Both the position numbers and the translations under genes were made by a program. A stretch of DNA of 51,867 nucleotides, counting the filler, from Catajapyx aquilonaris (lineage: Eukaryota): assembly GCA_000934665.2 (NCBI GenBank). It is 3 parts of 3 records of this genome, joined end to end, with 100 filler letters (N's around TTAATTAATTAA, not from the genome) between each part and the next. Parts side by side here need not be neighbours in the genome. Positions count along the whole stretch, not along the records: positions 1 to 17,253 come from JYFJ02007001.1; positions 17,354 to 34,559 come from JYFJ02007002.1; 1 more part is not named here. One strand, given 5' to 3'. The notes below the pieces were generated by a model. That model saw nothing but the letters and a program-made list of their open reading frames with translations. It was not told where the DNA came from and searched no databases. This document shows, piece after piece, positions 11,601 through 24,993 of the stretch. Every line of letters starts with the position of its first letter. Positions within the stretch are counted from its first letter, which is position 1.

Positions 11601-14600
11601 ATCTGAATCATGTGAGGAGCGGCTGAGAACAGCCACACACCGGGAATAGGCAGCCAGCAGGGTTTCCAGCCCTTTCTCCCTCCTGAGCTCCTCGGCATTT
11701 AGTGCTGAGCAATTCACTGTGTGGTATGCCAACTCACTTGCAGCAGCCAGAAGTGGGGCAGACTTGGAGAACAGTGTCTCATCCACTGTTTCCATCTCTA
11801 TTGTCTTTATGAGCATTGGATAGCCAGCATACTTGTAAGGGTGAAGTTCTAAAAATAAAAAGTGAATATTTTGGTAATTTTTAGTAATTTAAAAGCGTAC
11901 CTCTCATTTTATAAATGCAGCAGAGTAAGCCAAATTCAAGAAAATCTGCTTAAAATGAAGCAGCTTATAAAATTGCAAACTACTGCACTACAGTCATTTC
12001 AATGCAGATGATAGTTTTCATCAAAGGCATAATCCACAATTATTCCAGAAATGATGGGAATGCTTCACACTAGTGCTTGATAAGTGAGAAATAATAATGC
12101 ACAAGCAGCATGAGGTAAGTGATCATTGCAATACTGAATGACTGATGCAAGGGAAAAACTTTCACAAAGAAAAAGTACCTAAAAATACTAAATGTGCTTC
12201 AAAACAAAGTCCAACTTTGGATGGACACTGGAAATCCTACCATCTTTATATCGATGGAACAAGATGCTTTGCCCTTGCAGGATGAGGACAATCTTCTCTG
12301 GGTCAGGCCCATCAGTGGCACGAGACGTCCTGCTGCACAGAAACTCATATGCCTTGTTGACCTTCTCAAATGCATCCCTCCCAGTAGGGTTCTTGTCTGG
12401 ATGGAACTGTTGTGCCAGTCGGAAGTAAGCTTTGCGCACCTTACTGTCCTCATGGCAGCAGCCTGTGGGTAGCTCCAGAGCCAAGTAGGCCTCATCCACT
12501 GACATGGCAGGTGGTTTTTTCTCCACCTCATGCTGCCAGGCCACTAATATCTCCTTCAGAAGATTGACTGGGTCACGTATAGGCCAGTCAGGAAAGCGGG
12601 ACGTATCACAAAGGTGGCGCAGGTAATAAGTGCCACAAAACAGTTCATTTTCTAGCTGGATATAGGATATGCATGGGATGGCACAATACTGATAAAGAGC
12701 CCGTGTGTTGCTTTGCAGGCGAGGGGAAAAGTCACAAATGTGTGCAGCTATCTTCTCAATCATGTTGCGCCTGCAAGGAAAAAGGACATTAGTGTTTAGA
12801 CTTGTTCAGTTCTTATGAGGAGATAACAATATTTTTATGTACCATGTTATTAAACAAAATGAGACACCATAACATGATAAGATTTATATAAGTTATTACA
12901 AAGGTCTGTGATATATCCGTAACAGAAAACTTCATACGCTTCTGGAGATTTAAAAATGAAATTGTCAAAAAGACCATAGTAGAATCCTTCCTACCAAGTA
13001 ACTGTAAACTTGCACATCCTGCTTCCCATATAATATCAACAGTAAAATTGTCAAAATTGTACTTCATGCCATGCTTTCTTGCAACAACTCACCTCATTTC
13101 TGCACTCCAGATAGCTTCAGGTGTGTCAAACTCCCCCAAGAAGATCTGCGCAAATTTTTCTGACCCATGGTTCTCCAAGTAACTCACCATGGCCTCGGGA
13201 AGTAGCTGTCCAAGAATGCTTCTTTGCATAATGCTGCTTGCTGGCACCTGGAAACAATGGGAATTGAAATGTCATACCCATTGTCACATTCAAATTCAGT
13301 TAGGCAAATTAGAAATAACTCCAGAAGCTTACGTCATCTGAGTGAAAGGCCTGCTTAAGATGTGCCAAATGCAGAAATCTTGCAATTGGAAGTAGGTTGG
13401 ACCCTGTATACATGAGAATAAAGTAGAAGATTCCCAACAAGTAAATCTTGGGCAGGTGTGGGTTGTCTTGCATGACCTCATGCAGCAGAGTTGCCACCCT
13501 CTCCACCAGCACAGGATCAAAAGTTAGGAGGAGCTGCACTATGTGAGGGAGGCAGGTTGGAGCAGAGAGGAGCTGCTTGGAACGAGGGAGTGGGCGGATT
13601 ACAGCTCCATCACTATCCCTGCTTGGGAAGTACCTGGAAAAATGACAATGTTTTATTACAGTACTAACTTGCTGACACTTGAGTTCTGAATTACGTTAGT
13701 CTTTGGAGTAAGTTTCAAATTCAGAAATAACTTTGGTTTCCTAAACTTTCACCTCTCTATCAAGCTATTCAGAGAGAAATCGCATTGTAAATATTCCCCC
13801 TAAAACTACATGTGCATGTCGTTGTCTGTTACTATTCCTCAGTGAGATGAACCCTGAGACAGATAATAATTCAACTCATTAAGGGAAAAAGCAGGTTTTG
13901 AAAGGTTCCAAAGAGGATGCACACTTTCTTCATTATACCTCCAAACTACTGGGTATATACCTGCATATCCTTGCCAGCATGTCCAGAATCAAGGTGGCTA
14001 GTCGACTCTCATTGAGAACAGCTAAACCATCTGCCAGCAGCCCCCACTTCAGTTGAGAAACGGAATGCAATGGTCGCCAGCCCTTCATTCCTTGTGCCCA
14101 GCATCGAGTACGAGCAGTGAGCACCCCTTCAGTCCACAGTTGCTTCATGGTATCAAAACCAACTGGTCCCTTTCGCTCCTTCTCTATATTACCGTAGTAC
14201 CACTCCTTCTCACTTTCACGTGTCATGTCTGCACTTGCCTCTATCACATTTGTCTGGGTGGGTACCACAGCCCTGGGAGTAGGAAAGATTTACACTTGAG
14301 GATGAATATTAAAAGTGCAGTAGAAGTTGTTATTTTCACAAGGTCACAGTATGTTTCTAAACTGTTAATCAATATACAATGACACAGACAGAAAATGAGC
14401 ATATTGTACCTTAACAACTGAAGCTGCTCTTATGCCTTTGATTCTTTGATTCTTAATTCTTTGATAAAAATATAATAGCATTAGTTTACAGCCAATGTGG
14501 TAAATAAATTATATTGTCTAAATACTACAAAGTTCTCCCTAAAACGCCTATTATTTAGTGCACTTGTGACACACACTTGAGGTCGCATTTTTAAATAATG

Positions 14601-16896
14601 CCCACCTGCTGGTGTGCAAGTGAGCCAGTGTCAGAAGATCCACAAGCACCTCCAAACCATTTGCATCCATAAGCTCTTTCACATTGTGCCTGTTGAGCAC
14701 CAACTTGTCCAGGAACAGTACCAACCTATCCCTCTCTAATCTATCTGTGCTCTGTCAAAAGAAGATGGAAACGTATTAAGTGAAAGCATTAGTAAAACTA
14801 CTATAAGCTTACCCTCTCCAGCATCCCAACAATGTATTTGGTGTCACCAAAGGCTCCAATTTCATCATGATGCTTGCCATACACTATTGTCATGGCTTGA
14901 AGGCAAAGGCACTTCATTTCTATCTTTGGTGTAAGTAGGAAACGATGATACAAGTCATTGAAAAACTCATACCTTGAAGAAGAAACGGTACGTTGATTTA
15001 GTGAAAGATAATTGTTAGGGACACATTGTGTGCCTTTTTTTGTGTACACTATAACTCTGTCTATTGAGTTGGCCCTAACTAGTTCAGGACTAGTCCTTGT
15101 TCTCCGACTACTGAGGTCTGGCTACTGTGCCCAAACCTTCAAGTGACACTTCTTAGGCAGTATGGAATAATCTAAGCACTTACGATCTCTTTATGGGTGA
15201 GTCAAATCCTTCTCCAGACTCGTCCTTCTCAAGCAGCAAGCGAAGATAATAATCCCCAATGCGTATTTCCTCTGCTAGAGACCTGTATCGCACCTCAAAT
15301 TCAGCATGGTTCCAGCTCACTACCATCTCAGCAGCCCCCTCCCTTCCACTGGAGAGATCCCGGTCAGCCATGAATCCCCTGATCTCTCCTTCAAGAGCCT
15401 CCCTCAGTTCCTCTCTGGTCTGCATATTCCATATTAAGTCAGGCAGAGCATGGTCCTTTCCAAACTGGTGGTAAAACAAGCGCCAATTTGCCTCACTCTT
15501 AATGCGTTCACGCCGTTTTCGCAGGACCACTGGCTTCTCACGGACCCTCTCACGCTCACGGTTACGTTCCAGGCCCATGCGCGACCTCCAGTGTTGCAGT
15601 GCAGCTTCAACCTGTAACAAATTAAGATTGTTTTTATTAGCATGGTTGATGGCACACATTGCATGTTGGGATGCCTGTCCTTTCCCACAGAAAAAGGCTC
15701 GAGTCTGACGTATTTGCTAAATGACAATAATTACTGTCTTAATACCTTGAACCAAGCGAAGTTAGGTATTGAAAGCTTAAAACTTTAGCATCAAGTCTTG
15801 GTCAGGCAAAAATTACACACAAGCAAATACAACACACCTGGGATCACGCCAGAACTTATTAGCCAGTAGAACAAAATTTTGCATGATGATAGGACATGGC
15901 CAAGGGAATCACAAGAAATTAATTTGTACTAACCTGCCTCTCAACTTGTCTCAGCTGCCTCTCAACAGCTGCCCACTGCTTATTCTTTTGCTTGCCCTGC
16001 TGGTCCTGTGCCAGCTTCAAGTTATCCCTGACATGGAGTCTTTCCTCTTCTGTCTCTTCCACATTCTCCTCTGAGTCCAAGTATGACAACAGGCCAGTTG
16101 GCATGATCCTTTTCAATAAACCCATTGCAGTGGGGTGACCTGTAACCCAGAGGCCAACCAGGTGGCGAGACAACTGACGATTGGTCAGCATGCGACCATC
16201 TGTGCTCTGGGTGAACATAGCTGTCAGGAGGTGTCTGGGAAGAGCCCCCTCTGCAAGAGCCAGATCCTGCATGCGAGCTGCTATCTCTGGCTCTCCCTCT
16301 TCAATAATGGCTTTCATCACAAGCCCAGCACCCTTTACTATGGCTGATGAAGGATGCTAAAAGTACACAAAAATGCAACAGGTTGAGATGGACTTAATAT
16401 AGTCTTTTTCAGTTTCCCTGTATAAAATAATAGTCAACTGTAAATTGTACCATTTTTCAGCTTCAGAGTTCATTTTAAATACGTGGCATATCACAACAAC
16501 AAATATCTGGTATATGAACATTTCATGAAATAGTAAATCCAAGAATTATTATAATAACAAAAAATGAATTGACAGTTTTCAATTTTCAACTGTTAACTCT
16601 GGCTGCATAAAAACCATACTTGAATTACTGTTATACCAGCTTCAAATGTTGCATCAATTACTGAAGCTGCTCAATCCTACATCCATCTTGACTCAATTGC
16701 CAGTAAGTCCTGATAACATCAATGCTTCCTTCCTTTATACCTGAAACAGTCTGAAGAGAGGCCTTCCCTTTTCTGCCACCATCTCTAGAAGGGTGTCAAA
16801 CTGTTTTCCATCAGTAGTTTCACTATAGGGAGCACACAAAGCAAACGTCAGGAAGTCCAACATTGCTGCAACAACCAGAGCGCTGGTACCCCGGTT
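8691..16896 (-). CDS. DNAJC13: DNAJC13/RME-8 endosomal co-chaperone, 5'-truncated by the contig end (C-terminal 12 exons)
   Basis: Exons 16896-16741, 16356-15934, 15611-15184, 14972-14813, 14751-14606, 14272-13961, 13633-13333, 13247-13093, 12770-12241, 11848-11472, 11371-10781, 10271-8691, all phase-consistent. Contains IWN repeats ([25 protein letters not shown]), a GYF-like segment EKEWYY..GPVGF, a J-domain [18 protein letters not shown] and the C-terminal [13 protein letters not shown]. Confidence 0.96.
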
Positions 16897-17081
16897 CTGT
16901 AAAACAGCCACAAAAGGCATTAGTACCCAATTGTCACAACTAACAACATGAGGCCAATTGTTCAGCTTTTGTCATCCTACTGTTAACACTAACAATAAGA
17001 GTCGGCCTAGAAATGTTGAAGAACCAGCCTATTATTTCTCTCCATCCCTCTTCACCCCCATCCCCCACCAATACTACTTAA

Positions 17082-17253
17082 AGGGACACTCCACTCAAAA
17101 TACAAGTTGGGTTCTAAAAATCGGGCAAAAAATCCTGATTCCGAGGGTATAAGCAGTTTTTCTTAGAGACGAACGGTAAGGCCAGTGTGAAAGCTGGAAG
17201 TGTGTCGTTCGAAAACCGCGCGCGGGGCAGGCGGCGCAGGTGGCGACGCTGGA
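17082..17253 (+). mobile_element. Possible left end of a Kolobok-like non-autonomous DNA transposon, cut by the contig end
   Basis: TTAA (17078-17081) is followed by AGGGACAC and an abrupt shift to CpG-rich sequence inside an AT-rich intron. The second terminus is not visible. Confidence 0.35.
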
Positions 17254-17353
17254 NNNNNNNNNNNNNNNNNNNNNNNNNNNNNNNNNNNNNNNNNNNNTTA
17301 ATTAATTAANNNNNNNNNNNNNNNNNNNNNNNNNNNNNNNNNNNNNNNNNNNN
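17254..17353. other. Artificial contig-joining linker N44-TTAATTAATTAA-N44
   Basis: Exactly 100 nt, with a central 12-mer that has stop codons in all six frames. Identical to 34560-34659. Confidence 0.98.
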
Positions 17354-18045
17354 CGCAATCCGCCCGGCCTGACATGCCCAAATGTTTACGCCACTGTCCG
17401 CCACGAGAGGCGCTACGTGTCAAAATTTTTCCAAACGCACGGTCCCTATACCCCAGACATATACTCGCATATTGCATGTGAATGTAACTTGAAGAGTCTG
17501 CCATTATATTATCACAAATAGTCTTGTCCCGTCCTTACCCTTCCCCAGTCCAGCTAACTAGGGACAGTCTTCTGCTTCCTTTTTTCTGCTGTCCAACCCA
17601 ACTCAGCACCTCCTCAGAGACGACCCTACTTTTTTTTTGGTGCCAAAACCACGTGCAAATCAAACATTAAAACCACGCTACTTCATCCAGGGCCAAGTCG
17701 GATGCGTCCAAATTACTCTTCAGCCAAACTATAACTGCTACATACATATTATAGCAGTTGTGGATCTAGCAGCTTATTGCTGGTCACCTTTACAGTACTG
17801 TATGTAATGTAAAAGCATTGAAAGAGAATCAAAAGAGTGTCACTCACGGAGAAACTATTTTTAATGCTCTTGTGATGATTTTTTGTTGCTAAAAAGCATC
17901 AAAAAAGAAAGCATTACAAGAGGATAAAAAGCATTAAAAATGATGCTTCATGAGAGACTCAGCTTTTTTAATGTTGTGATGATGCGCTTGTAATGCTAAA
18001 AAGCAACAAAATAATTACAAGAGCATGGGAGACTCACTGTCAGTA

Positions 18046-18283
18046 CACTGTACACTGCAAATAATTAAAAGAGCATCATCGCTAGTGAGACTCTCTCCCA
18101 ATATGGAGCATCAATTTTCGATGCCCTTGTAATGCGCTTGTGATGCTGCTTTGTTGCTAAAAAGCATCACAAGGGCATCACAAGAGCATCACAAGAGCAT
18201 CAAAAATTGATGCTCCATATTTGGGAGACTCGCTATCGCTCGCTATATAGCTATGCTCTTTTAATTATTTGTGGTTTACAGTG
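18046..18283. mobile_element. Foldback MITE with long terminal inverted repeats, flanked by TA
   Basis: Left end CACTGTACACTGCAAATAATTAAAAGAGCAT versus reverse complement of the right end CACTGTAAACCACAAATAATTAAAAGAGCAT. Inner inverted arms ctcccaatatggagcatcaatttt / aaaattgatgctccatatttgggag, with internal AAGAGCATCAC repeats. Confidence 0.7.
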
Positions 18284-18793
18284 TAGTGATGCTTTTTTAA
18301 TGATTTAAGGTTTGCAGTGTATGTATCTATACAAGTAAACTTTAAGTGAAGTGAAAAAATATGTTATGACTTGTCTATATTGAAAGCCCATACACTACAA
18401 TACAACACAATAATCCAGAGAAATAACTATATAAATAATAACATATATGGACAGCAGCAGCTACTCCTACACTTAACAATTAAAATGATGACATATAACC
18501 TTAAAAACAATTTCATCGCATTGAAAATGTACCTTGAACAACATATTAGTGTGTGCCATGTGGTGGATTTGTGTGTGGATTTGTTACATTACTAATTACA
18601 GTGTAGGTCCAATAAGACCCAAGAAATGCTTCCCTGAAACATTCAACAAAAATAATCTCACATTAAAGCTCAATTGAGTGGTGTCATTCATTATTGCACA
18701 TCTGCTTAAAAAGTAAACTTGCCATAACTTTGATACAAACACACAGCCCTCAACAGCATACATTTGGCTGTAGGCTCATGTGATAATACCTCC

Positions 18794-18939
18794 TTACTGC
18801 GCAAGTGTGCTCTGGTCCTGCATCTTTATATATGATCATTTTGGACAGTCTCAGTAACGTGGAGCGCACATTTTTTATACTCCTTCAAAAGCCAGTACTG
18901 TTTTTCCATTTCCTTCTTGATGCGCACCAGCTTCTTCTG
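18794..18939 (-). pseudogene. Frameshifted 3' fragment of coiled-coil family paralogue A
   Basis: Aligns to 22847-22987 (QKKLVRIKKEMEKQYWLLKEY versus QKKLVCIKKEMEKQYWLLQEY) but has small indels, and homology stops at ~18939. Confidence 0.8.
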
Positions 18940-19893
18940 ATGCCGAATAAAAATGACAATAATATGAGAATCCAGTGTGTTTGATTCTTAAATGTTAGAA
19001 GGACTTGTACGTTGCATGCAGACATAATGAGAACAACTGATGCTGAAATCATGAAGGACTGTAAGTTCTGATGCTGGGCATGCTCTTTCCTTTTAGTTGA
19101 TGGTGGTCCCGGATCAATAAGACTATAGCAGTCTATAGGCAAAGTACTTGTCCATTCTAACCATGAGACATTATTTTGTTGGCAATGTCTATGTGCAGGT
19201 AAAATTACCCTAGGAGGACCAATAGATTGTGTATTAAAAATGACATTATTTTAAAAATACATTTAAAATACTTCCATGTGTTCCAATGGAATTTGCTAAG
19301 ATGTCAGTGATCTTGTTGCACTGATTGTGAGTTTTTTCTAATTATTCAACAGCAATGTTACATTTACTTTCAGAGGTTCTCTATAAAGTAAGAGCTGCTA
19401 TCATCACATAGAATAATGAATGGATGCCCACGTTTTAAACTATTGCAGGAGGATTTAGATTTTGAAAATTAGGTTCAGGTGTTGCACTTACCTCATCTGA
19501 AGTAAATGAAACACTAACTGACAATTCCCTATGACATTGCATATGGTTGGAATTACGCACAATATCTTAATCTCGGAACTATCACTATATTAATGGGACT
19601 GAATAAATACTTTTAAGGAACTGTGTATTGCACAACATGAAAGGAAGAATGTTATACACAAATGTAAGATTTCTTTGGGGTTAATTTCACACACGTAGAA
19701 TTGAAATAAACATCACTCGCATCTGCATTTATTGCAACTGGTTGTACTGCCAAACAATATTGTAATTGGTTTCATCCAATATTTCTGGGATTTACTGTTT
19801 ACACCAATGTTTCCTTATACAGATATAAGCTGGTACTGCTCACTCCTGATAATAAATTGCACATTTTTATCGCATATTCCAGTAGGTAAAAAC

Positions 19894-21864
19894 CTACTCT
19901 TCCGCCCCTGTGAAGGCGTCCAACTCCCTCTCCAAGTCAGCGGACACTTTATTGCACATCAAGAAAGCCTCTTTTGCCTCTGGCAATAGTACTACAAGTT
20001 GATTAATACGCCTCACATGTACCATCATTTCGTAATAGAGAGGTGTCACTGCACTCTTACTTCCAATCACACCTTCTGTACTACCTGTCTTTTGCTTGGT
20101 CGTTTCCTTTGAAAAAATCTGACAAACTTGTCCACTGATCATCTTCACCTTCTCACTGACAGTCACTATCACGTCGAGATCTTGTTTATCCCTTCTCATG
20201 ATTATGCTACTTATTAGGTTTTCCAGTAACTCTCCAAATAGCTTCTTAACCCTAGTATCCATAGGTGCAAGCTCACCGTAAATCCTCAACAGTTTCAAAG
20301 CCTCAGTGCATAAGGTGTCGAATAGCCAAATGAATTTCAGATGCACAGAGGTTTGAAACAGGCAGATTTCATATGCCTTCTCAAAAAAACTCACTTCCAT
20401 ACTAAGCAATGCAATCAGATCCTCATACGATTTCTTAAATGACTGCCTCACAGATTCCATTTCCTTTTCCAGCTCCCTGTTTTCTCTGAGAAGCTCATCT
20501 TCAGAAAACAGATGAATATCTTGGCCTGTGGATAAAAGTAATACAATCTGTGATATGCCTCCATTATTATATTAGAGTAGACTCCAGATATAACAGACTT
20601 CAAGGGACCCCAAAAATCAGTATGTTATATCCAAGGTTTGTTGTAGCCAAATACACAGGCCATATATGGAAGATTTGCAGGACCAGCATCTCGAATCTGC
20701 TATAACTGAGAGTCTGTTATATCCTGAGTCAATTGTAAATATGGTAAACACTAAATTCCACCAAATGTTAATCATGTAACTCCCGGGGTGGTGGCACGCA
20801 AAAGTAACTGAATTCACAATTTTGAAGAAATGCATTATCATGAAGAGAAAAATTGCCCTCAAACAGACGACGGAATCATATTTTCACACTGCATAGAGAC
20901 CTCTTCTGTAAAAATTATAACCTGTACCCTTAATTTCAGGTTCATGTATCATTTATGGTCACATGAATAAGTAATTTACTTACTTACTTATTAATGTGAC
21001 TAAAATTAAAATTAATATCGTGAAATTTTCCAGTTGTAACTTCTTTTTCTCATCTGAAAAACTATGTTTTATGAAAGATTACATAGATACATTTATGCTC
21101 CTTCGTGAATAGCCTACAGTAGAACCTCGATTATATCTGTCACCCACGAGACAGGGGCATGGTCGGATAACAAAAAAGGTCGGATAATCCAAAGAGCAAA
21201 GGAAACTTTTACGACACACAACAAAAAACATACAAAAACATGAAATAATGTACAATATCATGGTTTTCTAACAAATAGTGAATTATCCTTTACATATACA
21301 CACTTTACTGTTTACTTTAAAATCTAACTAAGTAAATACAAAACAAATATTTAGAGGGCCTACGTACATTACAGCATTTGATGAGAGAACATATTTATTG
21401 CTGGATCGGGATGGTCGGATAAATTGAGGAGTCGGATAATCACGAAGTTCTCCTGTAATATAACCGCTCTGCTCCAAGGGATATGATCTATGCATAACAA
21501 AAGTGCTCCAGTCTTGTTGAAAAAAATTCTTCCCTTCCAGCATCCCATAGCACCATAGGAGAGAGCCAGGACCAATCAGTACGCCAAGGCAAATGTAATT
21601 AATGCATAATCATTCAAAATCAAACAAGCATTGCGATGCAAGACTCCCCTTGCATCGGCCCCGGCCCACCATCATGAGATGATTATCAAAAAATTATTCA
21701 TTGGAACATTTTTGTGCTCTAATTGAATCACTCGTCATTGCTCTATGACCCTTACCATTTGCATTGCTGGTACGTCCACTTTTGGGAGTGTCATTGGTGC
21801 AGCACTCATGCTTCTTATTACTGCCCTCTTTGTTACCCCAAAAAATGCTCCACACTATTCCCAT
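19894..21864 (-). CDS. Uncharacterised coiled-coil family paralogue D (MGIVWS N-terminus), ~246 aa
   Basis: Exon 21864-21756 (MGIVWSIFWGNKEGSNKKHECCTNDTPKSGRTSNAN, donor G|GTAAGG) joins exon 20525-19894 (acceptor TTTTATCCACAG|GC; QDIHLFSEDELLRENRELEKEM...) in phase 1, the same as its paralogues. Confidence 0.72.
21117..21455. mobile_element. Tc1/mariner-pogo (Tigger-like) MITE in the intron of paralogue D
   Basis: TA-CAGTAGAACCTCGATTAT at the left end and ATAATCACGAAGTTCTCCTG-TA at the right form imperfect TIRs. GTCGGATAA subterminal motifs repeat at both ends. Confidence 0.75.
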
Positions 21865-22846
21865 CTTCTAATATGCGGGTGGCACCTGTAAATATGGAAA
21901 GTCACATATTAACCAGTTGAACACTTGGAGATCATCCATTATTTTATCACACATTAGCACTTGCATTGCATATGAATGTAAATTGAATTGTTGCAATAGT
22001 ATATTGTCCTGGTCCTTACCCTTCCAGTCCAGCTACCGAGGGGCAGTCTTCTGCTTCCTTTTCCTGGTGTCCAACCCAACTCAACACCTCCTGAGACAGC
22101 AAAACACAGGCAAATAAAACCACACAACTTCAGGATGCGTCCAAATTATTGCTCCTTAGCCATACTGCTACATAACTATTATATAGCACAGATATATGAC
22201 TATAGCAGCTTCTAGTCTACAATACTGTATACACTTTAAGTACAAAGCATTAAAAAAGCATCAACCATGGAGAAAGAAATAATGCTCTTGTAATGCTTTT
22301 TTTGTTGCTAAAAAGCTTCAAAAAACATTACAAGAGCATTAAAAGTTGATGCGCCATGAGAGACTTCGTAATGATCGATGCGGTTTACAATGTGGTTTAT
22401 CTAAATACAAGTAAACGTTAAGCAATGCTTCTTATTGCTTCTCCACATTGAAATATAATCCCATACAATGCAACACATTAATCCAGAGAAATAACTTTAC
22501 TGTACTAAACAATCACATATATGGACAGGCGGACAGCAGCTGCTACTCCTCTACTTATTAACAATCAAAATGATAAAATATTACGGACGACGTTAAAAAC
22601 AATTTCATCACATTGAAAATGTACCTTGTCACTTACATATGGTGCAAGGATTTGTTAAATGTAGGGCCAAGAAACACTTCCCTGAAACATTCCACAAAAA
22701 TAATCTCGAACATTAAAGCTCAAATATGTGACGCCATTTATTATTATTGCAATTTGCTTACAAAGTAAACTGCCATAACTTCGATACAAACATGCAGCTA
22801 GCTCTCAACAGCATACCTTTGGCTAGGCTCATGTGATAATACCTCA

Positions 22847-24083
22847 TTACTGCGCAAGAGTGCTCTGGTCCTGCAACTTCATGATCATTTTTAACAGTCT
22901 CAGTAACTTGGAGCGCACGCCTTTATACTCCTGCAACAGCCAGTACTGCTTTTCCATTTCCTTCTTGATACACACCAGCTTCTTCTGGTTCTCGGAATAC
23001 TCTGCATTACTCTGCGACATAGTTTCTTCTGTCTCTGCTATCAGTACTTTGATGTCATTAATGCTCTTCACTTGCAATGTGATTGCCAAGTCATGTATTG
23101 TTCCTGCTTCCTCATTTGCATTTTTCTTCGCGGCTTCCGTCATCTTGTCCTTCTGCTGTGTAACAATGTTCAAAACCTGAGATTGCAACACCTTAAGCTT
23201 CTCTCTAGTCCTCTGCCTGTCTCTACGGAGAGGTAGCTCAATATTCTCACTCTGCTGTAAGGCTGTTATGTAATCATCAACCAGCTGCAGGTTGCTATTG
23301 TCCATGTTCAGTTTCCTGGTGCGCATCTTGCATAGTTCGCAAATCTCAACTGTCAACCTGACACCCAGCTGCAGTCCTTTCTCAGCCAGACACACGAATT
23401 TCCTGGCTAGGTCAACAGCCTTGCCGAGCAGACTCATTTCCTCGCCGATCAGTTTACACAGCTCCCCTTGCGTCTTGGTCGTTTCCTGCGTCACGCTTTT
23501 TATTGTCTCTGACAGCCGCATGATTTCTGCAAGCAGCTTGGCCTGAGGTGGTAATGGCTCATCGGCAGCTTGCCCTGTGGATAAAATGCTACGGTTAACA
23601 TATAATGATGTGCGTATCTCGGGGGGCCAGATGCACAAGGAGTTGCTTATTATTAAAATAATGCATGGCCTTCAGAATAACTCAGTGCATTAAATTAGTC
23701 ATACCAATTTCACTGGTAGTGCTGCTCTCCGTATCACTACTGTCACTGTTAACAATGATGCTTCTGTAGCTGACAGTAGCACTGCCATCGTTTCCATCAT
23801 GATCACTGCTAATAGTAGTGCTATCATCACTGCTGGCATCACCACCACCACCATCTGCATCATTGCTGTCGTTACGTTCATTGTCACTATTTACTACATT
23901 GACAACGTTAACATCGTGGCTGCTCAAGTTGGAGGTCGCAGCAGCTGAATAGCTGGTACTAAAATTGCTGTCATGAGTTGTATCACCGCAGTCACCACTG
24001 GTGCTTTCTGATGGCTTCTCATCAGTGTTATCGTTCTTGCTCTCACTTGCTTTGCCAGCGCAGCTGCTCAGAACCGTTCCCAT
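22847..24083 (-). CDS. Uncharacterised coiled-coil family paralogue A (MGTVLSSC N-terminus, acidic Ser/Asp/Asn tract), ~368 aa
   Basis: Exon 24083-23705 (donor G|GTATGA) and exon 23574-22847 (acceptor TTTTATCCACAG|GG) give 1107 nt in frame. A likely 5'UTR intron spans 24325-24102. Confidence 0.8.
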
Positions 24084-24516
24084 CTTGGAAGCTTGGTGTG
24101 GCTGTAACAGTAACATTCATTTGCTAGTATTATACATTTCAGGTACACAGTAATTTGCTCTATGCACAAACACTATAGAGTTTACGTAAAAGCATGCATT
24201 ACAGCAGTTCATTACAACAAGTACATCAGTTATAATTCCATAATATGCTACATACTGACAGACTGTACTTGTTGAGAGACTTTTGAGAGGTTTATTAATA
24301 TCATTAATTCTTTTGGTTTTCTTACCTACAAGTATAAAGACCACTGGTATTAGTAGTGGTCTCCTCCTGCTGCTTCTTCTTCAGCCCCTAAACCGAGGCC
24401 AAAACTTGCTGCGACAAAAATGTCCTGACAACAACGCCAAGGTTCAAGCACCAACAATGGAAAGGGGCAACAATTGGAACGGCAGGGTGCGTCCGAATAT
24501 TTTTTTGATTTGCAAC

Positions 24517-24527
24517 TGCGCATGCGC
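24517..24527. promoter_or_regulatory. NRF-1/EWG-type site TGCGCATGCGC upstream of paralogue A
   Basis: Matches 11 of the 12 bases of the palindrome TGCGCATGCGCA. The same 11-mer lies upstream of paralogue B. Confidence 0.45.
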
Positions 24528-24854
24528 TAAATCACACAAAAAAAGCGGCTACTCTTTGCCTGTAGCAGCGACATAAATAGCCGCTTTTCCTAGAGGACTT
24601 GAAATTATTTTTTAACATTCTGTGTGATAATTTTTGGAACAAATTATTTAATAAATTATTTGGAGATTTACATTATATTTCGTGTAGTACTAGATTTCGC
24701 AGAGAATAATTAAAACATAACTATTTCATTCAGCTTCGCACTATCCGGATATGTAGGCCTACTCATATTTACATTCACGGCGTATGGTACTTGATTTATT
24801 TTGCCTCAAGTTGCTTGCGAGACTTGCTCTTCTATAATTTTAACTGCAATTATC

Positions 24855-24993
24855 CAAGGGGGTAATCACTCGACTAAAAAGTGTACACTGGAGTACCAAA
24901 TTCAAGGAGTACCACGGAGTAATAAAAGAGTGAGGTGCCTGAGGAGTACCACTCCCAGGTGTACACCGGAGTACCGAAGTGATTACCCCCTTG
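24855..24993. mobile_element. 139-bp MITE with 16-bp perfect TIR and 8-bp TSD (hAT or P superfamily)
   Basis: TIR CAAGGGGGTAATCACT / AGTGATTACCCCCTTG. Direct repeat CAATTATC at 24847-24854 and 24994-25001. Internal GGAGTACC repeats. Confidence 0.88.

Larger units (their letters stand above)
17470..18939. repeat. Segmental duplicate of ~21965-22987
   Basis: Colinear near-identical blocks, e.g. gtccttacccttcc..cagtcttctgcttcctt..gtccaacccaactca, atccagagaaataact, acatatatggacag, ttgaaaatgtaccttg and gtgataatacctc..ttactgcgcaag..caccagcttcttctg. Confidence 0.88.

Noticed and set aside
17298..17504. ORFs ending in XXXLIN (also 34235-34615, 34604-35029, 34608-34799)
   Set aside because: They run through N gaps into the artificial TTAATTAATTAA linker.
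17830..18310. Short AAGAGCATCAC-like repeats as a possible CRISPR array
   Set aside because: There is no constant repeat-spacer period and no cas genes, the context is eukaryotic, and MITE internal repeats explain it.
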